Shown one piece after another: positions 1-8,237 of a stretch of DNA of 28,946 nucleotides. Position numbers and translations under genes: made by a program. The notes under the pieces are model-generated. The model had not been told where the DNA came from. It did not search any database and saw only the letters and a list, made by a program, of their open reading frames with translations. The first letter of the stretch is position 1. The number at the start of each line of letters is the position of its first letter. Source of the DNA: an uncultured Candidatus Saccharibacteria bacterium (GTDB lineage: Bacteria; Patescibacteriota; Minisyncoccia; Minisyncoccales; CAYTKG01); assembly GCA_964438335.1 (NCBI GenBank), contig CAYTKG010000001.1:1-28946 (forward strand), written 5' to 3'.

Positions 1-59
1 ACCGAAAAACATACCTCGTATATTTCTGCTAGGGTGGTTTTTAGCAGAATGACAGGATA

Positions 60-94
60 AAAATATATCAAAATCAGAATAAAATATATCAAAA
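60..94. repeat. Direct repeat AAAATATATCAAAA x2 (60-73, 81-94; 21-bp period) abutting the methyltransferase ATG
   Basis: Two exact 14-bp copies read from the sequence. Confidence 0.75.
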
Positions 95-916
95 ATGAAG
101 AAAAAGAGTGTAAAAAAGTTATATGGCGAAATGGTTTTAAAAGAATGGAAAAGATTAACTAAGGACCCATTTCATAAATTAGAATTTGAAACAACTCTTC
201 GTTTTCTTTAAAAATATCTTCCTCAAAAAGGACTAATTCTTGATGCCGGCGGAGGTCCGGGAAGATACACTATTGCTTTAGCGAAGAATGGGTATGATGT
301 AGTTTTACTTGATTTAGTTCCCGAACTTTTAGAATTTGCCAAGAAACAAATAGCTAAAGCAAAAGTTGAAGCAAACGTTAAGTCAGTGATCGAGAGCTCT
401 ATTATTGATTTGTCATGTTTTGATAGTAATTATTTTGATAGTGTTGTTTGTTTGGGAGGACCGTTGTCACACATTAAAGGTAATAAAACAAGAAAAAAGG
501 CAGTTTCCGAGTTAATAAGAGTTGCAAAAAAAGGAGCCCCTGTGTTTATCTCGGTAATGGGTAAGCTGGCGGTGTTGGCGAATTGTTTAAGATATTGGCC
601 GGACGAGATTAAACAAACAAGACATTTTAGGGAAATTTGGAAGAATGGCGATGACAATATATGGCATGGGAGTTCTTATTGTCATTTTTTTATGCCCGAG
701 GAATTTAAAACTCTTGTATCAGAAAGCGGCTTAAAGATATTGGAATGCGTTGGTCTAGAGGGATTGGGATCAAATGCTAAAAGAGAAATTAATAAACTGG
801 CAAAAAATTGGCCAAAGGCCTGGAAGAACTGGATAGAGGCTCATTGGGGACTCTGTTCTCACTCTGCTGTTTTTGCCACCAGTGGCCATATGTTAATAGT
901 GGGAAGGAAGAAATAA
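95..916 (+). pseudogene. Class I SAM-dependent methyltransferase interrupted by an in-frame TAA (209-211)
   Basis: ATG95 reads MKKKSVKKLYGEMVLKEWKRLTKDPFHKLEFETTLRFL*KYLPQKGLILDAGGGPGRYTIALAKNGYDVVLLDL in the same frame as track ORF 386-916. SAM motif I (LDAGGGPG) lies after the stop and before the track's GTG start. Confidence 0.85.
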
Positions 917-917
917 A

Positions 918-1019
918 GAATCATTAGAAGATGGGGCGCGCTTGAGTTCAGGGGGTCATAAAAAGATATTTGAGATTGTTAAAGAGTTTTTATTTCAAAA
1001 TAATTTCAAAATAAAATAA
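918..1019 (+). pseudogene. Probable C-terminal remnant of an SGNH/GDSL hydrolase gene
   Basis: Startless frame ESLEDGARLSSGGHKKIFEIVKEFLFQNNFKIK* resembles SGNH block V (DGxHPNxxGHxxI) plus the terminal helix; the catalytic His is lost. Confidence 0.45.
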
Positions 1020-1073
1020 TTTAATTGGCCATCGAATTATTGTTTGATTTTTTGTTTTGGAGTAAAATCTGGC

Positions 1074-1111
1074 TATGGCAAATAAAAACATATATGGCAA
1101 ATAAAAACATA
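1074..1111. repeat. Exact 19-bp tandem duplication TATGGCAAATAAAAACATA x2 spanning the HD-gene start codon
   Basis: 1074-1092 is identical to 1093-1111. Confidence 0.95.
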
Positions 1112-1660
1112 GAAAAAACAAAAACCCACTTTTTGGAAACTTTTAAACAAAAAAGAAATCCTGTTTATCCTTATCTCCCGAGACACGTTATCGAAGCGGA
1201 GAAGTGGGCTAAGAAAATTTTGAAAAGTCATCCCGAGGCAGACGAAGAAATAGTTTTATTGTCTGTTTGGCTTCATGATATTGGTTTGGCAACCAAAGAT
1301 GAAAATGATGACCACGCTGTTCAGTCCGAAACCGAAACCAGACGTTTTCTTACAGAAATGGGAATGACATCTGACAAAATTGAGAAAGTGGCTCATTGCG
1401 TAAGAGCCCATCGATGTAAAGATGTTAAGCCATCAACTTTAGAGGCAAAAATTTTAGCAGCAGCCGATTCTGCTAGCCATATGACCGATATTAATTATAT
1501 AGTTCATATCTCAGATGGTTTGAGAGATTACACTCTTGCTAAACTCGAGAGAGATTATAGAGATGTTGGTTTATTTCCCGAATTAAAAAAAGAGATTACC
1601 CCTCTGTACAAGGCCTGGAGAGAATTATTGAGCGTTTATCCCGATTTGAACAGGTTTTAA
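1094..1660 (+). CDS. HD-domain metal-dependent phosphohydrolase
   Basis: Early His (PRHV), WLHDIG motif, AHR, and ADSASH distal Asp. ATG1094 preferred over the track start at 1025. Confidence 0.85.
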   Translation: MANKNIEKTKTHFLETFKQKRNPVYPYLPRHVIEAEKWAKKILKSHPEADEEIVLLSVWLHDIGLATKDENDDHAVQSETETRRFLTEMGMTSDKIEKVAHCVRAHRCKDVKPSTLEAKILAAADSASHMTDINYIVHISDGLRDYTLAKLERDYRDVGLFPELKKEITPLYKAWRELLSVYPDLNRF

Positions 1661-1735
1661 TTTCAATATCTTGCGGGAGATTTGTTTTAGCGTAGAGGAC
1701 ACCGCTATTCAATCAAGAAATTAGCTTACCAAATT

Positions 1736-1754
1736 CGGGCTTTTGCCCGTTTTT
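1736..1754 (+). terminator. Intrinsic terminator after the HD gene
   Basis: CGGGC-TTTT-GCCCG followed by TTTTT. Confidence 0.6.
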
Positions 1755-1804
1755 GGGTTCTGTCAGAAGTTTAAGTTCTTTTGGTTTTTTGATAGAATAA
1801 AGCC

Positions 1805-2662
1805 ATGAAAAAGTTTTTTGAACTTTATACTTCTTCTTTGCCTCAATCGACAATTGAAAGAGTAGGGGAAATCGAGGGCTATACCTTAAGATGGTTTTCC
1901 GGAAAATCAATTGTTAGGTTTTTGCCTTCTGAAAAAGAAGGATTGTTTTTTCGTCTTGATAGAAAAGAGATTGCCGTTTCTCCCCAAAATATTATCTTTG
2001 ACGAAAAGCATTGCACGAGCTTAAAGTCGGGATTGGTTGAGGTTAGGGAAACAGAACACGTTCTTTCGGCAGTCCATGGATTAGGAATCACAAATTTAGT
2101 GATTGAAATCGAGGGGAGCGGTGAGCCACCAATTATGGATGGCAGCTCAAAACCTTTTGTGGAAGTTTTGCTTAAATCAGGCATCAAAAGATTGTCGGAG
2201 AAAAGGAGAGAGATAAGGATAGTTCGCGAATTTAGCTTCTCTCTTCCAGGCAGTGAAAGCTTTATTAGAGCCGAGCCATTTGATGGTTTGTTTATTGATA
2301 TGACAGTTGACTATCCCTTGCCAATTGGCAAACAGCATTTATCAATATCAGTCAATCCAGAAAGTTATCAAAAAGAAATTGCTTTTGCCCGACCGCCTCT
2401 AAGATGTTCCATAGAAGAAGCCTCTGAAGAGAAACTTAAAGAGTGGTTCAGAGGTTGGCAAGAAGCAAAAGATTCAATTGTTTATTACTCCAAAAAAGAA
2501 TACTTAACTCCGCTTCGGTCAGAAGACGAAATGGTCAGGCACAAAATTTTAGATTTTATTGGCGACATTGCTAATATTGGTTTTCCCATTAAAGGGAAAT
2601 TCGTCTGTTTTAAAGTGGGGCATAGAATTAATGGAGAGTTTACGAGATTGTTTGCAAGTTAA
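1805..2662 (+). CDS. lpxC: LpxC-family (UDP-3-O-acyl-GlcNAc deacetylase-like) zinc deacetylase, divergent
   Basis: TEHVLSAVHGLGITNLVIEIEG-EPPIMDGSS, YQKEIAFAR, VRHKILDFIGD and KVGHRIN match LpxC motifs (E78/H79, H238/K239/D242, H265 in E. coli numbering). Confidence 0.85.
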   Translation: MKKFFELYTSSLPQSTIERVGEIEGYTLRWFSGKSIVRFLPSEKEGLFFRLDRKEIAVSPQNIIFDEKHCTSLKSGLVEVRETEHVLSAVHGLGITNLVIEIEGSGEPPIMDGSSKPFVEVLLKSGIKRLSEKRREIRIVREFSFSLPGSESFIRAEPFDGLFIDMTVDYPLPIGKQHLSISVNPESYQKEIAFARPPLRCSIEEASEEKLKEWFRGWQEAKDSIVYYSKKEYLTPLRSEDEMVRHKILDFIGDIANIGFPIKGKFVCFKVGHRINGEFTRLFAS

Positions 2663-2707
2663 TCCAAAATGTAAACAGGAAAAAAGAGCTGAATTATCAA
2701 GGTTATT

Positions 2708-2731
2708 ACCCGAGATTTTTCTCGGGTTTTT
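2708..2731 (+). terminator. Intrinsic terminator after the lpxC-like gene
   Basis: ACCCGAG-ATTTTT-CTCGGGT followed by TTTT. Confidence 0.7.
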
Positions 2732-2741
2732 GTTGAGAGGA

Positions 2742-2779
2742 CTTGACAAGAGATGGTTATGGGTATATACTCATAACAA
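2742..2779 (+). promoter_or_regulatory. Sigma70 promoter with overlapping palindromic operator, copy 1 (upstream of DUF5320)
   Basis: TTGACA 2743-2748, 17-bp spacer, TATACT 2766-2771. Palindrome GTTATGGGTATATACTCATAAC at 2756-2777 (10 of 11 pairs). 35/38 identical to 20236-20273. Confidence 0.85.
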
Positions 2780-2826
2780 AGGTCGAAGAGATTAAAAATT
2801 ATTAAATTATTATTTGAAACAAAAAT

Positions 2827-3084
2827 ATGCCAAGGTTTGACGGAAGTGGTCCTCTGGGTTTAGGTCCGGGCACCGGTCGGGGATTAGGTCCTTGCGGCGC
2901 TGGTTTGGGTTGGAGAAGAGGTTTTGGCCGAGGTTTCGGTTGGAGAAGGTTTTGGGGTTATCTTCGTCGATCCCCAATGAGCAAAAAGGAAGAAGTTGAA
3001 ATGCTTACAGACGAAGCCGCAGTTTTGGAAGACGAATTAAAAGCGATTAAAGAACGCCTGAACGAATTGAGGACTAAAAAATAA
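2827..3084 (+). CDS. DUF5320-family Gly/Arg-rich small protein
   Basis: MPRFDGSGPLGLGPGTGRGLGPCG start, GRGFG repeats, and C-terminal coiled coil ELKAIKERLNEL. Confidence 0.85.
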   Translation: MPRFDGSGPLGLGPGTGRGLGPCGAGLGWRRGFGRGFGWRRFWGYLRRSPMSKKEEVEMLTDEAAVLEDELKAIKERLNELRTKK

Positions 3085-3098
3085 AGAGAGCAGGGGAG

Positions 3099-3165
3099 CC
3101 CGGTTTTTCAAAGAGCCGGGTTTTTCTGTTTTGGGTTATTTATCCGGGCTTTTGCTCGGATTTTT
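3099..3165 (+). terminator. Two tandem hairpins with T-tracts after DUF5320
   Basis: CCCGGTTTTT-CA-AAGAGCCGGG+TTTTT (3099-3125) and ATCCGGGC-TTTT-GCTCGGAT+TTTT (3142-3165). Confidence 0.65.
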
Positions 3166-3228
3166 AGTTTGCTAAAATAGAAAAATGCAAAATTAATTAC
3201 CTTGATAAGTCATAAATATGTTTTCATG

Positions 3229-3270
3229 TTAAAATAAAACAAAGGCCAATTAAAATAAAACAAAGGTCAA
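3229..3270. repeat. 21-bp tandem duplication TTAAAATAAAACAAAGG(C/T)CAA in the DUF1003 promoter/leader
   Basis: 3229-3249 vs 3250-3270, one mismatch. The first copy overlaps an extended -10 TGtTAAAAT (3227-3235). Confidence 0.85.
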
Positions 3271-3294
3271 GAAGATAAAAAAAGGAAATAAAAT

Positions 3295-3705
3295 ATGGTT
3301 AAGAAAAAAATTAGTAAAATAGACGGCAAAATAGAAGATGAATTTAGCGCCGGAATGAAAGATACTTTTTCGGAAAGACTGGAGCAGGGAATAGTGAATT
3401 TTATCGGTTCTTGGCTTTTTTTGCTGTTGAATATAGTTTTTTTTGTCTTGTGGTTAATTTTGAAACTATCTTATAATCAGCTTACTTTTTGGGTTTCTTT
3501 GGAAGCGATTGTTTTATCGGTTTTAATTTTGATTAACGCCAACAAGGAGACGGGGAACGATAGAAAGAGAGCAATTAAAGATTATAAAATTGATATGAGT
3601 GTGGCCCAAAGAGCAAAGGGAATAGAAAGAGAGATTAAAGAGATAAAAGAAAAAATTAACTGGTTAGCAGAAAAAATGAGCCGAGAGAGACGGGCACCAA
3701 AATAA
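3295..3705 (+). CDS. DUF1003-family two-TM membrane protein
   Basis: IVNFIGSWLFL...LTFWVSLEAIVLSVLILINANK...DRKRAIKDYKID followed by a coiled coil. Confidence 0.8.
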   Translation: MVKKKISKIDGKIEDEFSAGMKDTFSERLEQGIVNFIGSWLFLLLNIVFFVLWLILKLSYNQLTFWVSLEAIVLSVLILINANKETGNDRKRAIKDYKIDMSVAQRAKGIEREIKEIKEKINWLAEKMSRERRAPK

Positions 3706-3744
3706 AGACAAGCAGGATAATTTGGATTGAGGGAGATTTTTGAT

Positions 3745-3772
3745 TTGACTTTTTTTAAAAAAGCGATATGAT
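3745..3772 (+). promoter_or_regulatory. Putative sigma70 promoter for secDF
   Basis: TTGACT-16 bp-TATGAT. Confidence 0.4.
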
Positions 3773-3840
3773 AGGATGCTGAAAGGGGAGTTAAATTAAA
3801 GACATAAAGATAATTTAGGGCTTTTTTTATTATTTATTTT

Positions 3841-5238
3841 ATGATCGAGAGAAAGAAAACTTTTATTATTTTGGGTATTCTTTTAGTTTTAACTTTCTTT
3901 TTGGCTAATTTTTGCTACCCAAAATACTTTAATCAAGGAATTGATTATTTTAATTCAAGGACCGGCCTGAATCTGCCTCATTTTTGGAGTGTGCCTTTCA
4001 AATTAGGGCTTGGTTTGGAAGGGGGCATTCATCTTGTTTACGAAGCCGATTTGTCTAATATCGACAAAAAAGATTACGCTTCCTCGATGGAAGGACTGAA
4101 AGACGTAATCGAAAGGAGGGTTAATCTTCTCGGGGTCGAAGAGCCGGTGATTCAAATAGAAAAAACACCGAGTCATTATCGGCTAATAGTAGAATTAGCC
4201 GGCATTAAGGATTCGGCTAAGGCAATTAAAGTGATTGGTCAAACTCCTTTTTTAGAATTTAGAGAGGAACGAGCCGAGGAAGAAACCGAGAAAATTCTGG
4301 CTAAACAAGAGGAGTTAAAAGGGAAAACCGAGGAAGAGTTTAAAAAAATCGAAAACTGGCAATTGGTCTTTGAAGATCCTTATTTTAAGTCCACTTCCTT
4401 GACCGGAAGATATTTAAAAAGAGCTGATTTGCAATTTGACCAGATTACTTTTGAACCTATTGTTGTTCTTCAGTTTAATGACGAAGGCGGGAAGATTTTG
4501 AAAGATTTGACCTCGAGGAATGTTGGTAAACGTTTGGCCATTTACATTGACAATGTTTTGGTTTCCGCTCCGGTTGTTCGGGAGGCAATTTCTAAAAAAG
4601 AGGCTCAGATTACGGGAAAATTTACGGTTGAAGAAGCCAGAAAATTAGCGAGGAACCTTAATTCCGGCGCTTTGCCGGTTCCGGTGAAATTGATTTCCCA
4701 ACAGATAGTTGGGCCGAGCTTAGGAAAAGTTTCCTTGGTGAGATCATTAAAAGCAGGGATTATCGGTTTTTTGGTGGTTATTCTCTTTCTAATTATTTTT
4801 TACAGACTGCCCGGTCTTTTGGCTTCCTTTGCTTTGATTACTTATATTGTTATAAACTTAGCCATTTTCAAATTGATTCCGGTGGTTTTAACTTTAGCAG
4901 GTATTGCCGGTTTTATTCTTTCGATGGGAATGGCTATTGATGCCAATATTTTGATATTTTCTAGGATGAGAGAAGAATTTAAAAAAGGAAAAACATATAG
5001 CGAGGCCCTAAAAGAAGGAATAAAGCTTGCCTGGCCCTCTATTCGCGACGGCAATTTAACCACGATTTTGGTTGCCATAATTCTCTTTATTTTCGGCACC
5101 AGCTTTGTTAAGGGTTTTGCCTTTACTCTTGTTATCGGCAACTTGGTTAGTCTTTTCTCTGCTGTTTTTGTGACCAATACTTTTTTGGAATGTTTTAGGG
5201 GAACTCGGTTTGAAAATTGGCGATGGTTGTGGCAATAA
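3841..5238 (+). CDS. secD: Protein translocase subunit SecD
   Basis: KLGLGLEGG, IERRVNLLGVEEP, LNSGALPVP, VGPSLG, LTLAGIAGFILSMGMAIDANILIF. Confidence 0.97.
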   Translation: MIERKKTFIILGILLVLTFFLANFCYPKYFNQGIDYFNSRTGLNLPHFWSVPFKLGLGLEGGIHLVYEADLSNIDKKDYASSMEGLKDVIERRVNLLGVEEPVIQIEKTPSHYRLIVELAGIKDSAKAIKVIGQTPFLEFREERAEEETEKILAKQEELKGKTEEEFKKIENWQLVFEDPYFKSTSLTGRYLKRADLQFDQITFEPIVVLQFNDEGGKILKDLTSRNVGKRLAIYIDNVLVSAPVVREAISKKEAQITGKFTVEEARKLARNLNSGALPVPVKLISQQIVGPSLGKVSLVRSLKAGIIGFLVVILFLIIFYRLPGLLASFALITYIVINLAIFKLIPVVLTLAGIAGFILSMGMAIDANILIFSRMREEFKKGKTYSEALKEGIKLAWPSIRDGNLTTILVAIILFIFGTSFVKGFAFTLVIGNLVSLFSAVFVTNTFLECFRGTRFENWRWLWQ

Positions 5239-5257
5239 TTAATTTGAATTAAAAACG

Positions 5258-6145
5258 ATGATTAATTTCTTAAAATATCGTAAATTTTATTATCTTTTCT
5301 CCGGCCTTTTGATTTTAGTCAGTTTGGGAGGTCTAATTGTTTTTGGTTTAAACCCAGGAATTGATTTCAAGGGCGGAACGATTTTGGAACTAGAATTTGA
5401 ACAAAGACCGGAAAATTCGGTTATTCGGGAGAAATTAGCTCAATTTGATTTGGGCGAAGTCACTGTCCAGCCTGCCGGTCAGGACAATGTCATTTTAAGA
5501 TTTAAAGATATTGACGAAAAAACTCACCAAGAAATAATTTCTGCTCTTAATGAAATTTCAAAAGCAGAGGAAATCCGTTTTGAGAACATTGGGCCAATAA
5601 TGAGCAAAGAAATGCGCTCTAAAACTTTGATTTTGATATTCTTTTCTGTATTGACAATGTTTGTCTATATGGCCATTGCTTTTAGAAAAATTCCTCCTCC
5701 TATTTCCAGCTGGCAATTTGGAATGGTTTCGATTATCACTCTTTTCTTCGATATTCTTATTCCTCTTGGCCTTTTTGCCTTCTTGGGGAAATTTTATAAT
5801 GTCCAATTTAACATTCCTATTGTTACCGCTCTTCTAACTATTTTGGGCTACACGATGAATGATAAAGTAATAGTTTTAGACAGAACTCGAGAAAATCTCT
5901 TAACAAGCCACGAAACTGATTTTGAAAAGTTGGTTAATTTAAGCTTAAATCAGGTCTTGTCGCGTTCTCTCAGTACCGGCACTTGTACTCTTCTTATTTT
6001 ATTGATTCTCTTTTTCTTTGGCGGAGAAACCCTAAAATATTTTTCTTTGACTTTGTTTGTGGGTATTCTCGTGGGGACATATTCATCTTTATTTTTAGCC
6101 AGTCCTATTTTGGTAACTTGGCTGAATCGAAAAAGAAATTCGTAG
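5258..6145 (+). CDS. secF: Protein translocase subunit SecF
   Basis: GIDFKGGT, FENIGP, ILGYTMNDKVIVLDRTREN, GTYSSLFLASP; adjacent to secD. Confidence 0.97.
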   Translation: MINFLKYRKFYYLFSGLLILVSLGGLIVFGLNPGIDFKGGTILELEFEQRPENSVIREKLAQFDLGEVTVQPAGQDNVILRFKDIDEKTHQEIISALNEISKAEEIRFENIGPIMSKEMRSKTLILIFFSVLTMFVYMAIAFRKIPPPISSWQFGMVSIITLFFDILIPLGLFAFLGKFYNVQFNIPIVTALLTILGYTMNDKVIVLDRTRENLLTSHETDFEKLVNLSLNQVLSRSLSTGTCTLLILLILFFFGGETLKYFSLTLFVGILVGTYSSLFLASPILVTWLNRKRNS

Positions 6146-6494
6146 ATAAGGGAATTTATAGGGGGCGATAAAATTTCTACTCTAACCAAAATCAAAATTG
6201 ATAATTCCGGGCTTGGCTTTACGGATAAAAAGGAGCTTTTCGGAGAAGGGGAGACTCGAACCCTTCTGAAAAGGGCTCAAGATCTTGGTTATGAAATTTG
6301 GGAAGAAGCAGGAACCTTTTTTATTAACTTTTGATGATTTACGATAAAATAAAAGGATAAAGGCTTTATTCTGGCGGGGAATTTTTATCAAAATTTTGAA
6401 ATCATAGGCCAGCAGGTTAACTTTTCGAGATTTTTTTGAGTTTTTTAGGTAAAATAAAACAATATGGAAAAAATAATTTCAAAAGAAGAATTAG

Positions 6495-7688
6495 ATGGAA
6501 AGAAGCAAATTAGAAATTAAAGAACTGCTCAATCGGGGAGTAGAAAAAGTAGTAGTAAAAAAACATTTAGAGCAGGCCCTTAAAAGCGGCAAAAAACTCA
6601 GGGTGAAATTTGGTATTGATCCCACCGGTTCTAAGATTCATTTAGGAAGGGCTATTCCTCTTTGGAAACTTCGGGTTTTTCAGGAGTTGGGCCATCAAGT
6701 GGTTTTAATTATCGGCGATTTTACCGCCCAAATTGGAGATGCCTCGGATAAACAAACCATGCGTCGGACTTTATCGGAAAAGGAAGTAAAAGAAAATATG
6801 AAGGATTATATTAAGCAAATCAGCCGGATTTTAGAGATGGATAGGGTCGAACTTCACTATAACAGCGAATGGTGGGGAAAATTAAAAGCCAAAGATTTAT
6901 TGGCTTTAGCCATGAAATTTACGGCCCAACAAATGATTCAGCGAAGGAATTTTAAAGAACGTTGGGACCGGGGAAAACCCATTGGTTTGCACGAACTTGA
7001 TTATCCCTTGCTTCAAGGTTACGATTCTGTGGCCGTAAAAGCTGATGTTGAAATTGGCGGTTTTGATCAATTGTTTAATTTAGAAATCGGTCGAGAAGTT
7101 CAGCGGATTTTTGGCCAGCCGCCCCAGGATATTATGCTTTTTCAAATGCTGCCCGGCTTAGATGGCCGGAAGATGTCCACTAGTTGGGGCAACGTGATTA
7201 CCATTGTTGATAGACCGAACGAGATATACGGAAAGGTAATGTCAATGAGAGATGAGATGATTTTAGAATATTTTAAATTGGCAACCCGGCTTCCGCTCAA
7301 GGAAATAAAAAAGATTGAAAGAGATTTAAAGAGCAGAAAATTGCATCCTAAAGAGGCCAAGAGTCGATTAGCCAGGGAGATTGTTAGTTTGTATCATGGC
7401 GGAAAAGCCGCTGAAAAGGCAGAAAAAGAATTTGAAAAAGTTTTTAAAGAAAAAAAATTGCCCGCCAGGATACCAAGTTTTAAATTATCTGAGAAAGAAA
7501 TGTCTCTTCTTGATGTTCTTTCGAAAACCAAATTGGTTGCTTCAAAATCAGAAGCAAAGCGACTTATTTTACAAAAAGGGGTGAAAATCAACGGTGAAGT
7601 TCAAAAGGACTGGCAAAAAGTTTTAGAAATTAAAGAGGGGATAATAATTCAAGTAGGGAAGAGAAGGTTTGTTAAAATAAAAACTTAA
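6495..7688 (+). CDS. tyrS: Tyrosine--tRNA ligase
   Basis: KFGIDPTG, HIGH-like HLGR, YPLLQGYDS, EIGGFDQLFN, KMSKS-like KMSTS, and C-terminal S4 domain (SKSEAKRLILQKGVKING). Confidence 0.97.
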   Translation: MERSKLEIKELLNRGVEKVVVKKHLEQALKSGKKLRVKFGIDPTGSKIHLGRAIPLWKLRVFQELGHQVVLIIGDFTAQIGDASDKQTMRRTLSEKEVKENMKDYIKQISRILEMDRVELHYNSEWWGKLKAKDLLALAMKFTAQQMIQRRNFKERWDRGKPIGLHELDYPLLQGYDSVAVKADVEIGGFDQLFNLEIGREVQRIFGQPPQDIMLFQMLPGLDGRKMSTSWGNVITIVDRPNEIYGKVMSMRDEMILEYFKLATRLPLKEIKKIERDLKSRKLHPKEAKSRLAREIVSLYHGGKAAEKAEKEFEKVFKEKKLPARIPSFKLSEKEMSLLDVLSKTKLVASKSEAKRLILQKGVKINGEVQKDWQKVLEIKEGIIIQVGKRRFVKIKT

Positions 7689-7701
7689 GTTAGAGAACAA
7701 G

Positions 7702-8151
7702 ATGAAAGATTTTTTATTATTAATTGTTCTTTGGGTTTTAATAGGAATTTTTGCCATAATTGTTAGTCCGATGGTGATTCCGGCTTTTAGAAAGTATGTG
7801 AATTTTTGCTTGGTGATAGTTTCTGGTATTAGTTTTTCTTTGCTTGGATTAATTTTGATATTTTTAACCTTAAGGGGAAAAATTAAAGGGAAGCTAAAAA
7901 AAAGTTTATTTTTGATTGGAATTTCTGCTATTGGTTTTTTTGTTAGCATTTTGCTTCATAATCTTTTTTACGGCCTAAGCATAATTACCAGTCAGACTAC
8001 CTGGTTAAGTTATTTGGCGAAGGGTCTTGAGGGCGGTTTCTTTATTCTTGGAGTTTTTATTTGTCCTTTTGGTTTTTTAGGAGGCATAATAACCAGTTTT
8101 CTTTTGTTTATTAAAAGAAAGAAAAAGGGAGAGGGGATTTTTCTTGAGTAG
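7702..8151 (+). CDS. Hypothetical integral membrane protein (about 4 TM)
   Basis: 149-aa ORF with four hydrophobic stretches; ILLHNLFYGL motif. Confidence 0.75.
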   Translation: MKDFLLLIVLWVLIGIFAIIVSPMVIPAFRKYVNFCLVIVSGISFSLLGLILIFLTLRGKIKGKLKKSLFLIGISAIGFFVSILLHNLFYGLSIITSQTTWLSYLAKGLEGGFFILGVFICPFGFLGGIITSFLLFIKRKKKGEGIFLE

Positions 8152-8196
8152 AACAATTTTCTCTTTTCAAGTTTTATTTTTTGAAATTAATAGAGG

Positions 8197-8217
8197 CCGA
8201 ACCATTGTTCGGTTTTT
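8197..8217 (+). terminator. Intrinsic terminator after the tyrS/membrane-protein pair
   Basis: CCGAAC-CATT-GTTCGG followed by TTTTT. Confidence 0.6.
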
Positions 8218-8237
8218 AATTAAGAGTGGTTGGAGAT

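Noticed and set aside
1-60. Possible 3' end of an upstream CDS (TEKHTSYISARVVFSRMTG*)
   Set aside because: Only 19 codons with no recognisable motif; cannot be supported.
1736-3158. Near-identical hairpin core CGGGCTTTTGC(C/T)CG at 1736-1749 and 3145-3158 as a mobile repeat
   Set aside because: Only 14 bp with unrelated flanks; adequately explained as ordinary terminators.
6241-6265. tRNA/tmRNA-like 3' fragment on the - strand (GGGTTCGAGTCTCCCCTTCTCCG)
   Set aside because: The T-stem does not close correctly around TTCGAGT, and there is no D or anticodon arm, matching acceptor 5' strand or CCA.
6335-6494. T-box riboswitch upstream of tyrS
   Set aside because: No T-box consensus (UGG...ACC antiterminator) or leader terminator is visible, and a -10 sits close to the start.
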